DNA of 64,000 bases from Octopus sinensis (taxonomy: Eukaryota), in the NCBI RefSeq assembly GCF_006345805.1, contig NC_043000.1, forward strand, positions 137,144,001 to 137,208,000. Reading direction: 5' to 3'. Position 1 is the stretch's first letter. Each line of letters begins with the position of its first letter. A program made the position numbers and the translations under genes. The notes beneath the pieces were generated by a model that ran no database searches, had not been told where the DNA came from, and saw only the letters and a program-made list of their open reading frames with translations. This document shows positions 13,836 to 27,055 of the stretch, in pieces.

Positions 13836-14002
13836 TTACTGGTACATAGGTCTTCAAGGATACATATTTGATCAGTTTCAGATAAATAATTGCCGTAGTT
13901 AAATTTCATCATGAAACATAGAGCATAATTAAAGTTTGCTAAGTATTTCGTCCGGCGCTCTACTGCTTAAGTCAAACTGCCGTCTTTTCTTTGCTAAATA
14001 TG

Positions 14003-14408
14003 ACTCTTTTACTTGTTTCAGTCATTCGACTGCGGCCATGCTGGAGCACCGCCTTTAGTCGAGCAAATCGACCCCGGGACTTATTCTTTGTAAGCCCAGT
14101 ACTTATTCTATCGGTCTCTTTTTGCCGAACAGCTAAGTGACGGGGACGTAAACACACCAGCATCGGTTGTCAAGCAATGCTAGGGGGACAAACAAACACA
14201 CACAAACACACACACATACACCTATATATATATATACATATATACGACAGGCTTCTTTCAGTTTCCGTCTACCAAATTCACTCACAAGGCATTGGTCAGC
14301 CCGGGGCTATAGCAGAAGACACTTGCCCAAGATGCCACGCAGTGGGACTGAACCCGGAACCATGTGGTTGATTAGCAAGCTACTTACCACACAGCCACTC
14401 CTGCGCCT
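14003..14408 (-). mobile_element. SINE family B
   Basis: Reverse complement, full length. Confidence 0.9.
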
Positions 14409-14550
14409 ATGTAATTGTTCAGAATTATTTTTATTATGATGATTCTGTACAAGGCTAATTTTTGCTAAGGAAGGGTTGCATTTAATTGAATCTACGCCAT
14501 ATGATGATGATGTAATAAACCTAATAAACTAAACTAAAAAAAAAATAATA

Positions 14551-14800
14551 AATGCACCCTTTTAAAGCCTAGCCAGGCTCATGAGCCCGGTTTTCCGGTT
14601 TCAATGGCGTAGGTGCTCCCCAGCAGGGCGGGATGCCAGTCCATCGCAGCGTTACTCATTTTTGCCAGTTGAGTGGACTGGAGCAACATGAAATGAAGTG
14701 TTTTGCTCAAGAACACAACGCGTCGCCCGGTCCAGGAATCGAAACCACAATCTTACGATCATGATGTTGTTACCCTAACCACTAAGCCACGCGCCTCCAC
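14551..14800 (-). mobile_element. tRNA-derived SINE family D with 13-bp TSD
   Basis: Head GGAGGCGCGTGGCTTAGTGGTTAGGG...GGTTTCGATTCC on the minus strand; AAACTAAACTAAA at 14526 and 14801. Confidence 0.85.
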
Positions 14801-15463
14801 AAACTAAACTAAAGTAGATGTATAAAAAAATTAAATTACATTGCAATTCGAGGAAGCTAGAGATGGCCCGCGGTGGCAAAACAGTTAATAATTTTCGTAA
14901 AAAAATGTATAGCTTAGTTAGAGGAGAAGCAGAGGTGGCCATGATCGAGACGGGCAAAAGAAGACAGAAATCATATGTAATGGGTTACCTTCATACCAGA
15001 CATCTGGTTCGAATGCTTCCAACAGAATGATCCTTGTAAAAGGTAACCAAATAAAAGTGATGTTGTCAAAGAGGCTGACGGATCAAGTTCACTGTCCAAA
15101 CTAAATATACCAAAATTCGTGCACCGTGAAAAGCGGGCAGGGTTCATTGGATTCTGATAGCACTACTTTTTTCTCTGAAACACTTTTATAAATTAATTTA
15201 CTCTCGGATTTAAACTCAAAACGGGGAGGAAACAAATTCATGTATGTTATTTAGTTTGGTGTTTTCCTGGTTTCACTATTTTAATGTCTTTTAACGGTAA
15301 TTAAAAAAAAATTAGATGAGGGACAATATTTGCAGGGAATATTGCTGATCGAATCTACCCCAGTATATTACAGTTGCTTATTTCATAGATTTTAATGTTA
15401 TGAAAGACGAAAGTATCTCGGCAGGATTTGATCTAAATAATTAATGACCATCTCACTATTATA

Positions 15464-15697
15464 TATTTCTTTACTGCCCACAAGGGGCTAAACATAGAGG
15501 GGACAAACAAGGACAGACGAAGGGATTGAGTCGATTATATCGCCCCCCAGTGCGAAACTGGTACTTTATTAATCGACCCCGAAAGGATGAAAGGCAAAGT
15601 TGACCTCGGCGAAATTTGAACTCAGAACGTAACGACAGACGAAATACCGCGAAGCATTTTTCGCCCGACGCGCTAACGAGTCTGCCAGCTCGCCGCC
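15464..15697 (-). mobile_element. SINE family A, full length, with 16-bp TSD
   Basis: TSD CCATCTCACTATTATA at 15448-15463 and 15696-15711. Confidence 0.9.
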
Positions 15698-16397
15698 ATC
15701 TCACTATTATAGGGCATCTCAGAGTATCTAAGTGAGATGTTCTATAATACGTGTGAATTGCTTACCTAATTTATTTTATAACAATAAGCTAACTCTATGA
15801 AAAGAGTAGAACTATCGATAAGATGTGATGAGCTTTCGCTATCGTTTGAAGTATAAAGAACAAAGAAATGAAATAAAAACATAAGCAAAGACAAAAATGA
15901 AAACAAAGCAATTTAGTTTACTACTACCGTCTTCAAGAAAAGCATTATTGTTGCAGTGATACATTCCTTCAACTCTATAAAATCTGAAGCATTGAACATT
16001 TCTAAATTAAATATAATAAAACAGGGTCGTCGAAGATAGAGAATGTTGCCAATTCTGCGATAAGGTTTTAATTTCTAGTTAAAGCTATTTCACTTCGCGT
16101 AAGTTACTAATGTTCTCTGAAAAGATTTAAATGAGACATTCGGTTCTCCATAGAAATAGGAGGCCCCATGCTTTAATCAGAAGAAATAGATAATTATAAT
16201 TGATAATTATAATTGAAGATTACGACGTTTAGCCAGTCATAAAACGTCGAGTTTGATGATATATGAGGAAGACGTCTTCAGTCTGTTCATAATTATATGC
16301 GCTATTTGCGACAGTACGAATTAAACTGCAAGCAAGCAATTTCCGTGATCCTGTTTCACTTTCCAAATATAGTTATTTTTCTTTTCTTTACGTAGAT

Positions 16398-16792
16398 GGA
16401 TGGAATGGAAGCACTCCGTCGGTTACGACGATGAGGGTTCCGGTTGATCCGAATCAACGGAACAGCCCACTCGTGAAATTAACGTGTAAGTGGCTGAGCA
16501 CTCCACAGACACGTGCACCCTTAACGTAGTTCTCGGGGATATTCAGCGTGATACAGACAGTGACAAGGCCGGTCCCTTGAAATACAGGTACAACAGAAAC
16601 ATGAAGTAAGAGTGAGAGAAAGTTGTGGTGAAAGAGTACAGCAGGGATCACCACCATCCCCTGCCGGAGCCTCGTGGAGCTTTTTAGGTGTTTTCGCTCA
16701 ATAAACACTCACAACGCCCGGTCTGGGAATCGAAACCGCGATCCTACGACCGCGAGTCCGCTGCCCTAACCACTGGGCCATTGCGCTTCCAC
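16398..16792 (-). mobile_element. SINE family C with 11-bp TSD
   Basis: TSD TTTACGTAGAT at 16387-16397 and 16794-16804. Confidence 0.9.
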
Positions 16793-17139
16793 TTTTACGT
16801 AGATAATGTTCTGAGGAATAGACAATTGCAAGAAGAATAGCAACAGCGAGTGTTTCGACCAGCCAACGAAACACTGTACTAGGAACACAGATCTCCCTCT
16901 AACCAAAGGAAGGAGTCTGTGTACGGTCATTCGAGTTGTCAGAAATAGCGCCCCAAAATACCTCCATTAACACCCACTGCCTCCAATACGGAAGACTCCT
17001 TTGAATAATGTTTTTATTTTTACATAACCATGTAAAAAAGAAAGCAAAAGAAAAAGGGAGGTAATTTACATTCGAATGCCTTTGATTAAAGGACTGTTCG
17101 AACAGGCTCGATCTAGAACTCAAAAGCAACAAAGTTTCC

Positions 17140-17525
17140 TCACTCTTTACTCTCTTTTACTTGTTTCAGTCATTTGACTGTGGCCATGCTGGAGCACCAC
17201 CTTTTTAGTCGAGCAAATCGACCTCAGGACTTATTCTTTGTAAGCCTAGTACTTATTCTATCGGTCTATTTTGCTGAACCGCTAAGTTACGGGGACATAA
17301 ACACACCAGCATCGGTTGTCAAGCAATGCTAGGGGGACAAACACAGACACACAAAACACACACACGCATATATATATATATATATACATATATACGACGG
17401 ACTTCTTTTCAGTTTCCGTCTACCAAATCCACTCACAAGGCTTTGGTCGGCCCGAGGCTATAATAGAAGACACTTGCCGAAGGTGTCACGCACTGGGACT
17501 GAACCCGGAACCATGTGGTTGGTAA
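17140..17525 (-). mobile_element. SINE family B, lacking the first ~30 nt
   Basis: Reverse complement of family B. Confidence 0.85.
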
Positions 17526-17825
17526 CGTGCCTGTTATGTGCAGTTGTATGCATAAACTGCGCATATGGCAGTGTATACTTAGCACGGCATATATGAGCAC
17601 ATGTAGACGGATTAGAGATTACTATACATTTCTGTTCGTCTTTAACTGATCTCCATTCCGGACATCAGGTATTTTTTCGTCGTAATTCTGTCCCCTATTC
17701 ACTGTCCATATACAATTCTTAAACAATGTTCTATTGTTTCCTTTATCCTCTCCTTTCCTCTCTATTTCAGAGTGAATCTACATTACTGTAGATTTGTGTA
17801 TGTGTGCGCGTGCGCGTTATTATAC

Positions 17826-18263
17826 TCTTTACTCTTTTACTCTTTTACTTGTTTCAGTCATTTGACTGCGGCCATGCTGGAGCACCGCCTTTAATCGAGC
17901 AACTCGACCCCAGGACTTATTTTTTTGTAAGCCCAGTACTTATTCTATCGGTCTCTATTAGTGATGTTGTTCCGAACCGCAAAGTAACGGGGACGTAAAC
18001 ACACCAGCATCGGTTGTCAAGCAATGCTAAGGAGACAAACACCGACATACAAACATACACCCACACACACACACACACACTCATATATATATATATATAT
18101 ACGACGGGCTTCTTTCAGTTTCCGTCTACCAAATCCACTCACAAGGCATTGGTCGGCCCGGGGCTATAGCAGAAGACACTTGCCCAAGGTGCCACGCAGT
18201 GGGACTGGACCCGGAACCATGCGGTTGGTTAGCAAGCTACTTACCACACAGCCACTCCTGCGT
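17826..18263 (-). mobile_element. SINE family B
   Basis: Reverse complement, full length. Confidence 0.9.
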
Positions 18264-18639
18264 ATACTTTTCGCCCCTCTTTGTTAGTCTTTCTTAATTA
18301 TCACTCATTTTATTTGACCTGACCTTCGTCACCTCCCTTTTACACTAACCTTGATACGTTATCAACTTTCGCCCTACGTTGATTCCCTCTCTGTTTTCAT
18401 TACGACATTACAGTTCACTACTCACGCCACTTATCATTCGTTTCTTTTCGCTCCGTATCAACCCAACGCCGTTTTTGTTAACATTTGTATGTGGTGTGGT
18501 GTAATCATTGTGTGCAATGTTTGTATATTGATGTATATAGTTCATTTAGTTCATTAATTCTTTGTTGGTTATGTCTATGACAGCCTAATTTATATCTCTT
18601 TGGGTTGTTTTTGTTGTTTGGGGGTATAGATTGGACAGC

Positions 18640-19025
18640 GTGGAGGCGCAATGGCCCAGTGGTTAGGGCAGCGGACTCGCAGTCGTAGGATCGCGGTTTC
18701 GATTCCCAGACCGGGCGTTGTGAGTGTTTATTGGGCGAAAACACCTAAAGCTCCCCGAGGCTCCGGCAGGGGATTGTGGTGATCCCTGCTGTACTCTTTC
18801 ACCACAACTTTCTCTCACTCTTACTTCCTGTTTCTGTTGTACCTGTATTTCAAAGGGCCGGCCTTGTCACTCTCTGTGTCACGCTGAATATCCCCGAGAA
18901 CTACGTTAAGGGTACACGTGTCTGTGGAGTGCTCAGCCACTAACACGTTAATTTCACGAGCAGGCTGTTCCGTTGTTTCGGATCAACCGGAACCCTCGTC
19001 GTCGTAACCGACGGAGTGCTTCCAT
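18640..19025 (+). mobile_element. SINE family C
   Basis: Full length; TAGATTGG(A/G)CA duplicated at 18627 and 19026. Confidence 0.9.
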
Positions 19026-19029
19026 TAGA

Positions 19030-20030
19030 TTGGGCAAATTTGCAGTGTTGGCGTTGTCTCTGATGATGCAAATGATGTTGGAGTTGGTGTTGGTTCGTAC
19101 TCACTTCAAGTCTCTGTGAGGAAAGATTTAAAAAAGAATTTCGTCTTCTTTCTCTCTCATCTTACGGAAAAAGTTTTCCATTTTCAATCTGTGTCGTCCT
19201 CCTTGTAAGACTTATCTGATTATCTTAGCGAAGAGGAGTATATTTTGCGGTGCCATGTTGGGTTGGGAGATTCTGTTACTGATATTAGTAATGTTGTTCT
19301 TGTTGTTCTTGTGGTCATGTGGGTTCATTTACTGATTTGGCTGCTGTTTCTGCTCCTGTTGTTGCTACTGAGGCTACTTCAACGGCCACTGCTGTTTATT
19401 GTCCTGTTGTAGCTGTTGCTGTTCTTGTTTCTCACGTGGAATTAGCAGTAATGTGGGCCTTCTCTCATTTGCTATCTGCCAATGGTCAGTAACCCCTTAG
19501 ATGGTTTATCGCGCCATTAATTTGATATCGTTGCCTCCTTCTCTGTACCGTCACTATCCAACTGGTGCAATTTGGCCATTCGATTACGTCGAGGATGGCT
19601 TCGAACTTCTCTGGATTCAATCGGAATGAAAACCGCTTGCCTATATCCGACCGCTTTTGTTGATGCATCTGATGGACTCCCCGAGACTTCTTCATCTTCA
19701 TCATCTGACAAGGCAACCAAAACCAGCTTCCAAGATAAATTTCTGGTTGTTTGTTCACCACCTTCACTATTACATCACGTTTAGCCATATGTCACGGGAT
19801 GATGTACTCCTTAATTCTAATTTGTATTCAGACCCAAATCTGATACCATTTGTAGTACATTGTTTGTCTCGCGTGTAGTATGTTTTTTTGTTTCCCTAAA
19901 GGCTCCAGATACCTTTTTTGCCTGTTCTTGGTTGATCCTTCAACCCATCGACTCTCGACACCCATGCTGCGGAAAATCACCGTGAATCGATTAGTTTAGT
20001 CGATGACGTAACTAGGTACCGCTAGATTTA
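19030..20030 (-). pseudogene. Possible retroelement ORF1-like relic
   Basis: Interrupted frames (IQIRIKEYIIP, ANERRPT) followed by a Q/T/A-rich low-complexity segment; weak. Confidence 0.25.
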
Positions 20031-20434
20031 CTTTCTTTTTGCTCCAGTGGTGTATCGATTTTCCTTCTTCAGTTATTTCTCTCTGCAGCATAAGTCTTTC
20101 TGTGACACGAGCTGCTTTAGCAAAAGATACTGTTGGTTTAACTATCTGTTTATACGTTTTGTTGCCTACGGTGTTGCTACTGTTACAGCTTTCGCTGGTG
20201 ATGGATCTTTCGGCTGCCGTAGAAATGACAGTTGCGGTCGTGTTCGTAGTTGTTAATCACACTGTTTTCGAGTGCGGCGGAAGTGTGTTGCTGTAATGGA
20301 AGAGGTGCGTAGTAGCGGTAGTACAAATAGAGTTTGTATGGCTGATCAACTTTGCTTCGACTGACCAGTTTCTTAGGATCCTTGAATTCTCAATTTCGGA
20401 TGTTACTGTATTTACGTGTTTAATGGTGAACAGA

Positions 20435-20470
<36 letters not shown>

Positions 20471-20472
<2 letters not shown>

Positions 20473-20805
20473 CCAAAACTGGAACAAGAACGCAAAACAT
20501 CCAGACAGTTAGGTGATACAAAAAAGGGGCCAATAAAACATCCAGACAGACGATACAAAGAAAACAAGGTTGGGTCATTCGGAGTTTTCTTTCCTCAGTC
20601 GAGTTCCACATTATCTTTGCAATTTCGGCTAGTTATATTCGAGATTGCTGCAATCTGGCCAGCCCCAAGGAAAAACTAATCTAAGAGCATTAGATTACTT
20701 GGAAGAAAGCAGCGAATGTATACGAAAACAAGGACAGAAAATAACAGAGAAATGTTACACAAATACAAATAACAGGACATAACAACAGGTATCTTTCGAC
20801 TAAGT
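20471..20805. mobile_element. ~335-bp non-coding element embedded in (TA)n
   Basis: Sharp (TA)n flanks, internal duplication AAAACATCCAGACAG, internal palindromes AGATTGCTGCAATCT and AATCTAAGAGCATTAGATT. Confidence 0.5.
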
Positions 20806-21330
20806 ATATATATATATATATTAAGCTATTCGCAAGACTGGAATATATTTATCAAAGGTTTATTGCTTTACATACATCAGGGCTTAAGTCGCCAGTGATA
20901 TCTGTTTAGTTAATTCAGATTCGTTTAACGCTCACTGCTAACATTTTTTCCTCTCCCAAACGGAAGTCCCATTCGTTGCTGACCAACTTCCTAGCTAGCC
21001 CGCAGCAAAGTTCCTATCTACAGTTCGTCAGTCATGAATCCTGCCCGACATACATACATACATACATACATACGTACATGCATATGTGTATGTATGTGTG
21101 TGTTTGTGTGTATTTATAAAAGCTATGATTTAACATAAAAAAAATTGACGGTAACCGTCCCAGGAGCCGTTTGGCTTAATGGTGGGGCACTCAAACTGTA
21201 TCTGAAAGGTACAGCTTTAACTCCCATAGTCGCCTGTTGGTAATATTTTCCCGTCGTATAAGGATAAATACCCATTCTTTCACTGCTGTTCTTACAGATT
21301 TTACTGCTTTCGAAATTTACTTTCTTGTTT

Positions 21331-21368
<38 letters not shown>

Positions 21369-21593
21369 GTATAATTAATAGTGACACAAGCAGTAATGAC
21401 ACTAAAAGGTAATCTTTATGCCCAAGTTAACGTGAATGTTTTGGTAGAACACCGGATACTGCGTTATTTAACTAGAGAGAACCTTTTATGTGAACTCGTG
21501 GTGCGTCTGAGAGAATCTCTCTTGGCAAATAACGCAGTATTCGATGTTCCAACTAAACATCTGCGTTAAGTTGAGTATAAACGATTGCTTTTG

Positions 21594-21627
<34 letters not shown>

Positions 21628-22642
21628 ATATGTATGTATGTATGTATGTAAAGATATATCTATCTATCTGTTTATCCCTGTGTGTGTGTACGCGCAAAGA
21701 AAGAGAGAACGAAAGAAAAAGTCACATACAGGCGTACGATAAATGAACCATAGACTTTGTAGTGCAGAAGATTCTTATCTTTGACTAGCTTTCATCTTTA
21801 CATATATTCCACCAGGCAAGTAAGCAATGGAAACAAACGATGTTAACCCAAGCCATCTATATGAAGCTAAAGACGGAATGGTTATGGAAGAAAGGCTGTA
21901 CTATTTTACTTTCTTTCTATAATCTCTACAGTCAAGTAACGAGATGTCGTAACGCTTGTTTTGTAAGAGTTATGTAGTTTGTTGGATGTCTCGAAGATCG
22001 ATTGAATGAATTAATGTTACCGCCGTCATCGATAAAATTTGTTCTTGAAGTCTTAAGAAAACGATACCATATAACGTAAAAGAAGTGATACTATTCTCTT
22101 TGTTTTCTTTTACTGTAAACCGTCTCAATTGAACTAAATTATTGGCTCAAATTTCCGAAGGAAACTTTTGTAAATAGAGAGCAAAATTTCAAATTAAAAC
22201 AATTACAAGAATGAATTCCAATAAAAAATGCAAATTTAGTTATAGTGGTAATAAGTACAAGTAACAGCTTGACCAATATAAAAACCATGTACCGTAGTTT
22301 GACCGCTGACTATAATTGATTCATTACAGCATTATACATTGTTTTGTGTAAAATAAATCATACAGTTGATTGTTTCCCTCTTTTCACACCTCTTTCTTCT
22401 TTGTCTTCGTACTTCTTATTGTTCTGTTGATGACAAACTGTCTCTCTTCCTCTCCCTCTGTCATTGTCTGTGTGTCTTTGCCTGTCTGTTTATCTATCTG
22501 TCTGTCTGTCTGTCTCTCTCCCCCACCTTCAGTCTTTTACACTCTTCCAATGAATGGACGTCTCGTAGATAATACAGGAAATTAATTGTCTCGAAAGTTT
22601 AAACTTTGACATTCATAACTGCCCTAAGGTAATGGTGATGAT

Positions 22643-22673
<31 letters not shown>

Positions 22674-22995
22674 ACAGGAACAGTAATAGTATGAGGAGCA
22701 GTAGTTGTAGTAGTAATAACGACAATAACAACTATAAAAATAAAAGGATAATAATAATCATGATATAATTGAGGTCACTCTAAAAGACGAAAGTAAACAT
22801 TCCAACCGCAATTTAAAAAGCCTCCAACAACACGCTTACACAGATAAACAGTTAGGATATATATATCTGTCTATATATTCATACATACAGTATACGCAAT
22901 TGAGGCAGTATTAAATTATAATAGACATTTATATATCATAATGCATATACATCGTGAACAGGCCAGTTACTGTGGTATTTATCCTGAGATAACAC

Positions 22996-23352
22996 TTGTT
23001 ATGGACGTCTGAGTCTGAGACCCCTTTCGTCACGACACTGACCATGGGATTGCACCTAGAAAGTTACCCTCCCAGGCACAAGTGCGGGCAAGGTTTTTTT
23101 TATGAAAGACCAGCAGTCGCCCACGCATACCGGTCTCCCCTCTCCACGCCACCGGTGTTATCCAAGGGAAAGGCAAGGGCCGATACAGCCTGGCACCTAT
23201 GACGTCAAGACTCATTTCTACAGCTGAGTGAACTGGAGCAACGTGAAATAAAGTGTCTTGCTCAAGAACACAACACGCAGCCTGGTCCAGGATTCGAGCT
23301 CACAACCTCACGATCGTAAGCTCGACGCTCTAACCACTGAGCCATACGCCTT
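22996..23352 (-). mobile_element. SINE with family-D-like tRNA head and a different tail
   Basis: Minus strand GGCGTATGGCTCAGTGGTTAGAGCG...GAATCCTGGACC...TTCTTGAGCAAGACACTT. Confidence 0.8.
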
Positions 23353-23629
23353 AAAATCTTGTTATGGAGGTACTATATTAAAAACAATAAATATCGGATA
23401 GGAAAAATCGTCCTAGTAGTGGCAAGCGAGAACACTTGAAGCATTTTGTTTTATTACTTTATAACTTTTTCAATGATGTGTATTCGCAGACAGCGACATG
23501 CCTGGATTAGAATTCGTGTAGGAGGAAATCGCATAGGAAATCGCATTTACAGGCTTTGCAAATAGACTCTCGACTGAAAAATAATCCGTTGTACGCAATT
23601 GAGACAGTATTAGATTAAAGTAGTAATTT

Positions 23630-24960
23630 ATGTTTCGTACGTCAAGTATGGAAGGTCCAAAATGGCAAAAATGGATCTGGCGTTTTCGTTGGCTGTTACT
23701 GGCGACAACTGCGCCTCCCTCAGTTTTACATCACTTTGGTACCTTAAATGTGTGATATTTTGTATTAACTGTCTTGGCCCCAAAAGACGGCTAATCATCC
23801 CCTTTTGCATCTTCATTATTTTTCTGCAGTGGGGCATCATTGTTGTTCTGAGGAGCCATTCACTCCTCACTCTTTATAGGGAAAAAAATTTCGTTGACGC
23901 TACACCGAATAGGCCAGGGAACCGAAGAAAGAAGACATGCACCCAACACCAGAGCTGAAGACACCTCCGAAAGTGTGTGTGTGTGGGGGGGGGGGGCGCC
24001 ACGTCAAAACGGTTGTGGAGTAGGGGCCGAAATCGGACGTGGTTCCTCTTGATGATGTCTTGAGCTAACTGGATCCTATAAAGGAGCTGTTGTGGTAGCA
24101 GACCATGAAACACGGTTGTAATTCCTCCTGTTTTGTCGATGTTATCTATTTTTGTAATTTTCTCTCATTATACATTTTACATTGCCTCCAAAATAGTTTG
24201 GGAACTTTCTTCTGCAGCCATTATCTCTTCCTCGTTACAGAACTAAGATGGCGGGCAGGGTACTACTGGTTGTTCCTGTTAAACGACGAGTTTGTTTGTT
24301 CACTTGTTTCTAGTAACGAGCATGAGGCATCTCCTCTGCTATTTCTAGGGCTCTGACTGATAGCACTCTAGAATCGGCGCTTATAAATCTTGTTACTGTC
24401 CCAGTAACGAGATTTTCCAGGTGTTCTGGGCTAAATACTGTGAAGTAGTTTTTACTGCAACATCTGTACTATTAGCTTCATAGCTTGTCTTCGCGTCCTC
24501 AACTGAGCGCAGCTATAGAATGGATTCCTGCCATTCTAAAGTAATTCGAAGTTTGTAAATGCCTTTTCAACCCCGACTGTATATCGTCACTTATTAGCTC
24601 TGCTTTAACCACCCCTTCTTAATGGATACAGAAGTGACCACCAACAATAGATCTACGTCGTTTCCAATGTTCATTATCGTCAACCTTCTTTTCTGCCCCT
24701 TATGCTGGGTTTCAAGTGTACAGACCAAGGGATATCTAACAATTTCTGCTTTAGGTGAATTAAATTTTTTGCTGTCTTCGTTCTTCAAAGTGCAGTAAAC
24801 GCTTCCTTAATTTTCTCCCTTCTGATTGACAGGATATCTTCCGAAATCTAATGTAATGTTTGATTTAGTTGACGCTTTGTCGATATTTCGTTACTGTCAC
24901 CATCCTTTTTAACCGATATCTTTTTTTTCTTTTGAATTCTCTAGGATAAGATTCTGCATT
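23630..24960 (-). pseudogene. Possible retroelement ORF1/gag-like relic
   Basis: Frameshifted protein-like frames KRRLTIMNIGNDVDLLLVV...GVVKAELISDDIQSGLKRHL...GREDK...YRCCSKNYFTVFSP (possible decayed CCHC knuckle); non-repetitive composition. Confidence 0.35.
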
Positions 24961-25003
24961 AAAGATACATTGTCTGATTCCATCTCAATCGAAGGAGAAG
25001 GGC

Positions 25004-25205
25004 TTTCTCCGTCCTGGTTGCAGATCCGTGGAATAAGCTTCCGGACGAAATAGTGAAGATGCCGACGACCGCTCGGTTCAAAGTCTCTCTTGACCAGAAA
25101 TGACCTGAACTCTTTGTATGACCACCCTCCCTGTACATAACTCCCTGTCCCCCTACATGGCCTTGCTCTTGCTTTTTGAGCCAATAAAAATTGAATTGAA
25201 TTGAT
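25004..25205 (+). mobile_element. CR1/L2-like LINE 3' end
   Basis: FSVLVADPWNKLPDEIVKMPTTARFKVSLDQ, short UTR, AATAAA, (ATTGA)n tail. Confidence 0.8.
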
Positions 25206-25899
25206 TTGATTTAACAAAATCCTCACATATTCCTTTTCTGGAAACTGTTAAATATAACAATATATGTTTGTGTCACGATGGAGGTAATATTAGCTTTATC
25301 ACAATTACTATATGAACTCATTAAAATGTTTGCCTCTGTGCTAGTGTCGTGCTGTTTGTCTCTGTGTTAATGTTCCTGTGGTACATTTGTTCCCATGTTT
25401 CTTCTCTTTTCCCTATCTTCAGAATTACTTGTTAGACTGTTCGATATATTTTTTTTCTTTTCTAATTGTTCCTTGAAGTGTTCATTGTTTTCTTCTTTGT
25501 GTTTATTCTATAGCGTAATTTGTTTTTGTTTTTCTTTGGTCGTGTTTCTTGTTGCAGTATTTTGCTCTTTATCAATAGGTATATTTCTTAGACATTTATA
25601 ACAATGAAATATGGTCAGAAAGAGTAAGAAAACAAAATAAAGTCTGTAATATCTTTAGTCAAAATACTGGTAGGGGGGCAGGTGTTGACTGTTCTCAGGT
25701 AACTGAAATGCTTTCCAAAGAAATTAACATTTGGTAATGCTTGAATAAAGTCGTGTCGCAGAACACCCTACTCTCAACAAACACGCATGTTTACGCAAGT
25801 CACTACTACTACTACTACTACTACTAATAATAATAATGACGATGATAATCATTTCTACTATAGGCACAAGGCCTAGATAAAAATAAAAGTAATAACAAG

Positions 25900-25957
<58 letters not shown>

Positions 25958-26821
25958 TTATTATTATTATTACTACTACTAACAATAATAATAATAATTA
26001 CCATGTACAACGAGAATCAATAAGACATCAAAAAGAAAAATATGCTACATAATACTACCCCTGCCACATAAGCAACAACAAGTGTGGTTGTGCAGAACAC
26101 TTTAATCATTACAAAACTACGTTGGAAAATAGATGAAATACTAATAGCCTATATCTTGAGAAATGTAAAGACTTATAGAATTGGAAATCTCTCACCTGCT
26201 TATGAAATACATATAAAAATCTGGCATGAATACTTTCTCGCAGGATAAATGTGCACATAGAAGTGACTAATATATCGCTGGATAGATTATAATCAACGAA
26301 GACGTTGGGGTGTCAGTTATGACTCAAAGTACCAACTTCTAATCAAGAAACGCATAACAGAATAAAATAAGGGTTGGAAGAAGATATTTGTAATGGTGTG
26401 AATTCACTTGTAAAATAATATTTTTATAGTGTTTAGTGTAAATGAGTAATAAAGGTGCATGTCATATAGTTAGCGTATTGAGCTCACGATTGTTAGTTTG
26501 TGGGTTCGATTCTTCCTTGAGAGCTAGGCATTTCATTTCATGCTGTTCCAGTCTATGTAACTGAAAATGAGTACCAGTCAAGTGCTGAGGGAGGTGGGGC
26601 CCTCTATACCTCCTACTATCTACTCCTTAATGTTCTGGTTGGGTTAAGGGAGAAGAGAAAGACTCGCAAATACTGAAGTGCTTAAAACATTTGGCAAAAC
26701 CATGCTACCAAGTCATACTCGCTTGTGAGTGACGGGTATGTTAGCATTTCTGGATTCTAACAGAAGTCATAGCAAAAGGAAACATACTACGTGTGTTAGA
26801 CAAAACACCTACTCAGAAAAT

Positions 26822-27055
26822 ATATATCTTTACTACCCACAAGGCGCTAAACACAGAGGGGACAAACAAGGACAGCCAAACAGATTAAGTCGATTACATC
26901 GACCCCAGTGCGTAACTGGTACTTAAGTTATCGACCCCGTAAGGATGAAACGCAAAGTCGACCTCGGCGGAATTTGAACCCAGAACGTAACGGCAGACGA
27001 AATACAGCTACGCATTTCGCCCGGCGTGCTAACGTTTCTGCCAGCTCGCCGCCTT
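26822..27055 (-). mobile_element. SINE family A, full length
   Basis: Reverse complement of the family A consensus from head to tail. Confidence 0.9.

Noticed and set aside
14820-15140. Faint RTE-like C-terminal peptide (HLVRMLPTE)
   Set aside because: Too degraded to call with confidence.
18640-18716. tRNA-like cloverleaf heads (also in families A, B and D)
   Set aside because: They are the 5' parts of multi-copy SINEs with bodies, tails and TSDs, and the acceptor stems are not intact; not tRNA genes.
21120-21300. Unique-looking stretch with a ~60-codon minus-strand open frame
   Set aside because: No splice-site pair or homology I can support; an open frame of this length is expected by chance.
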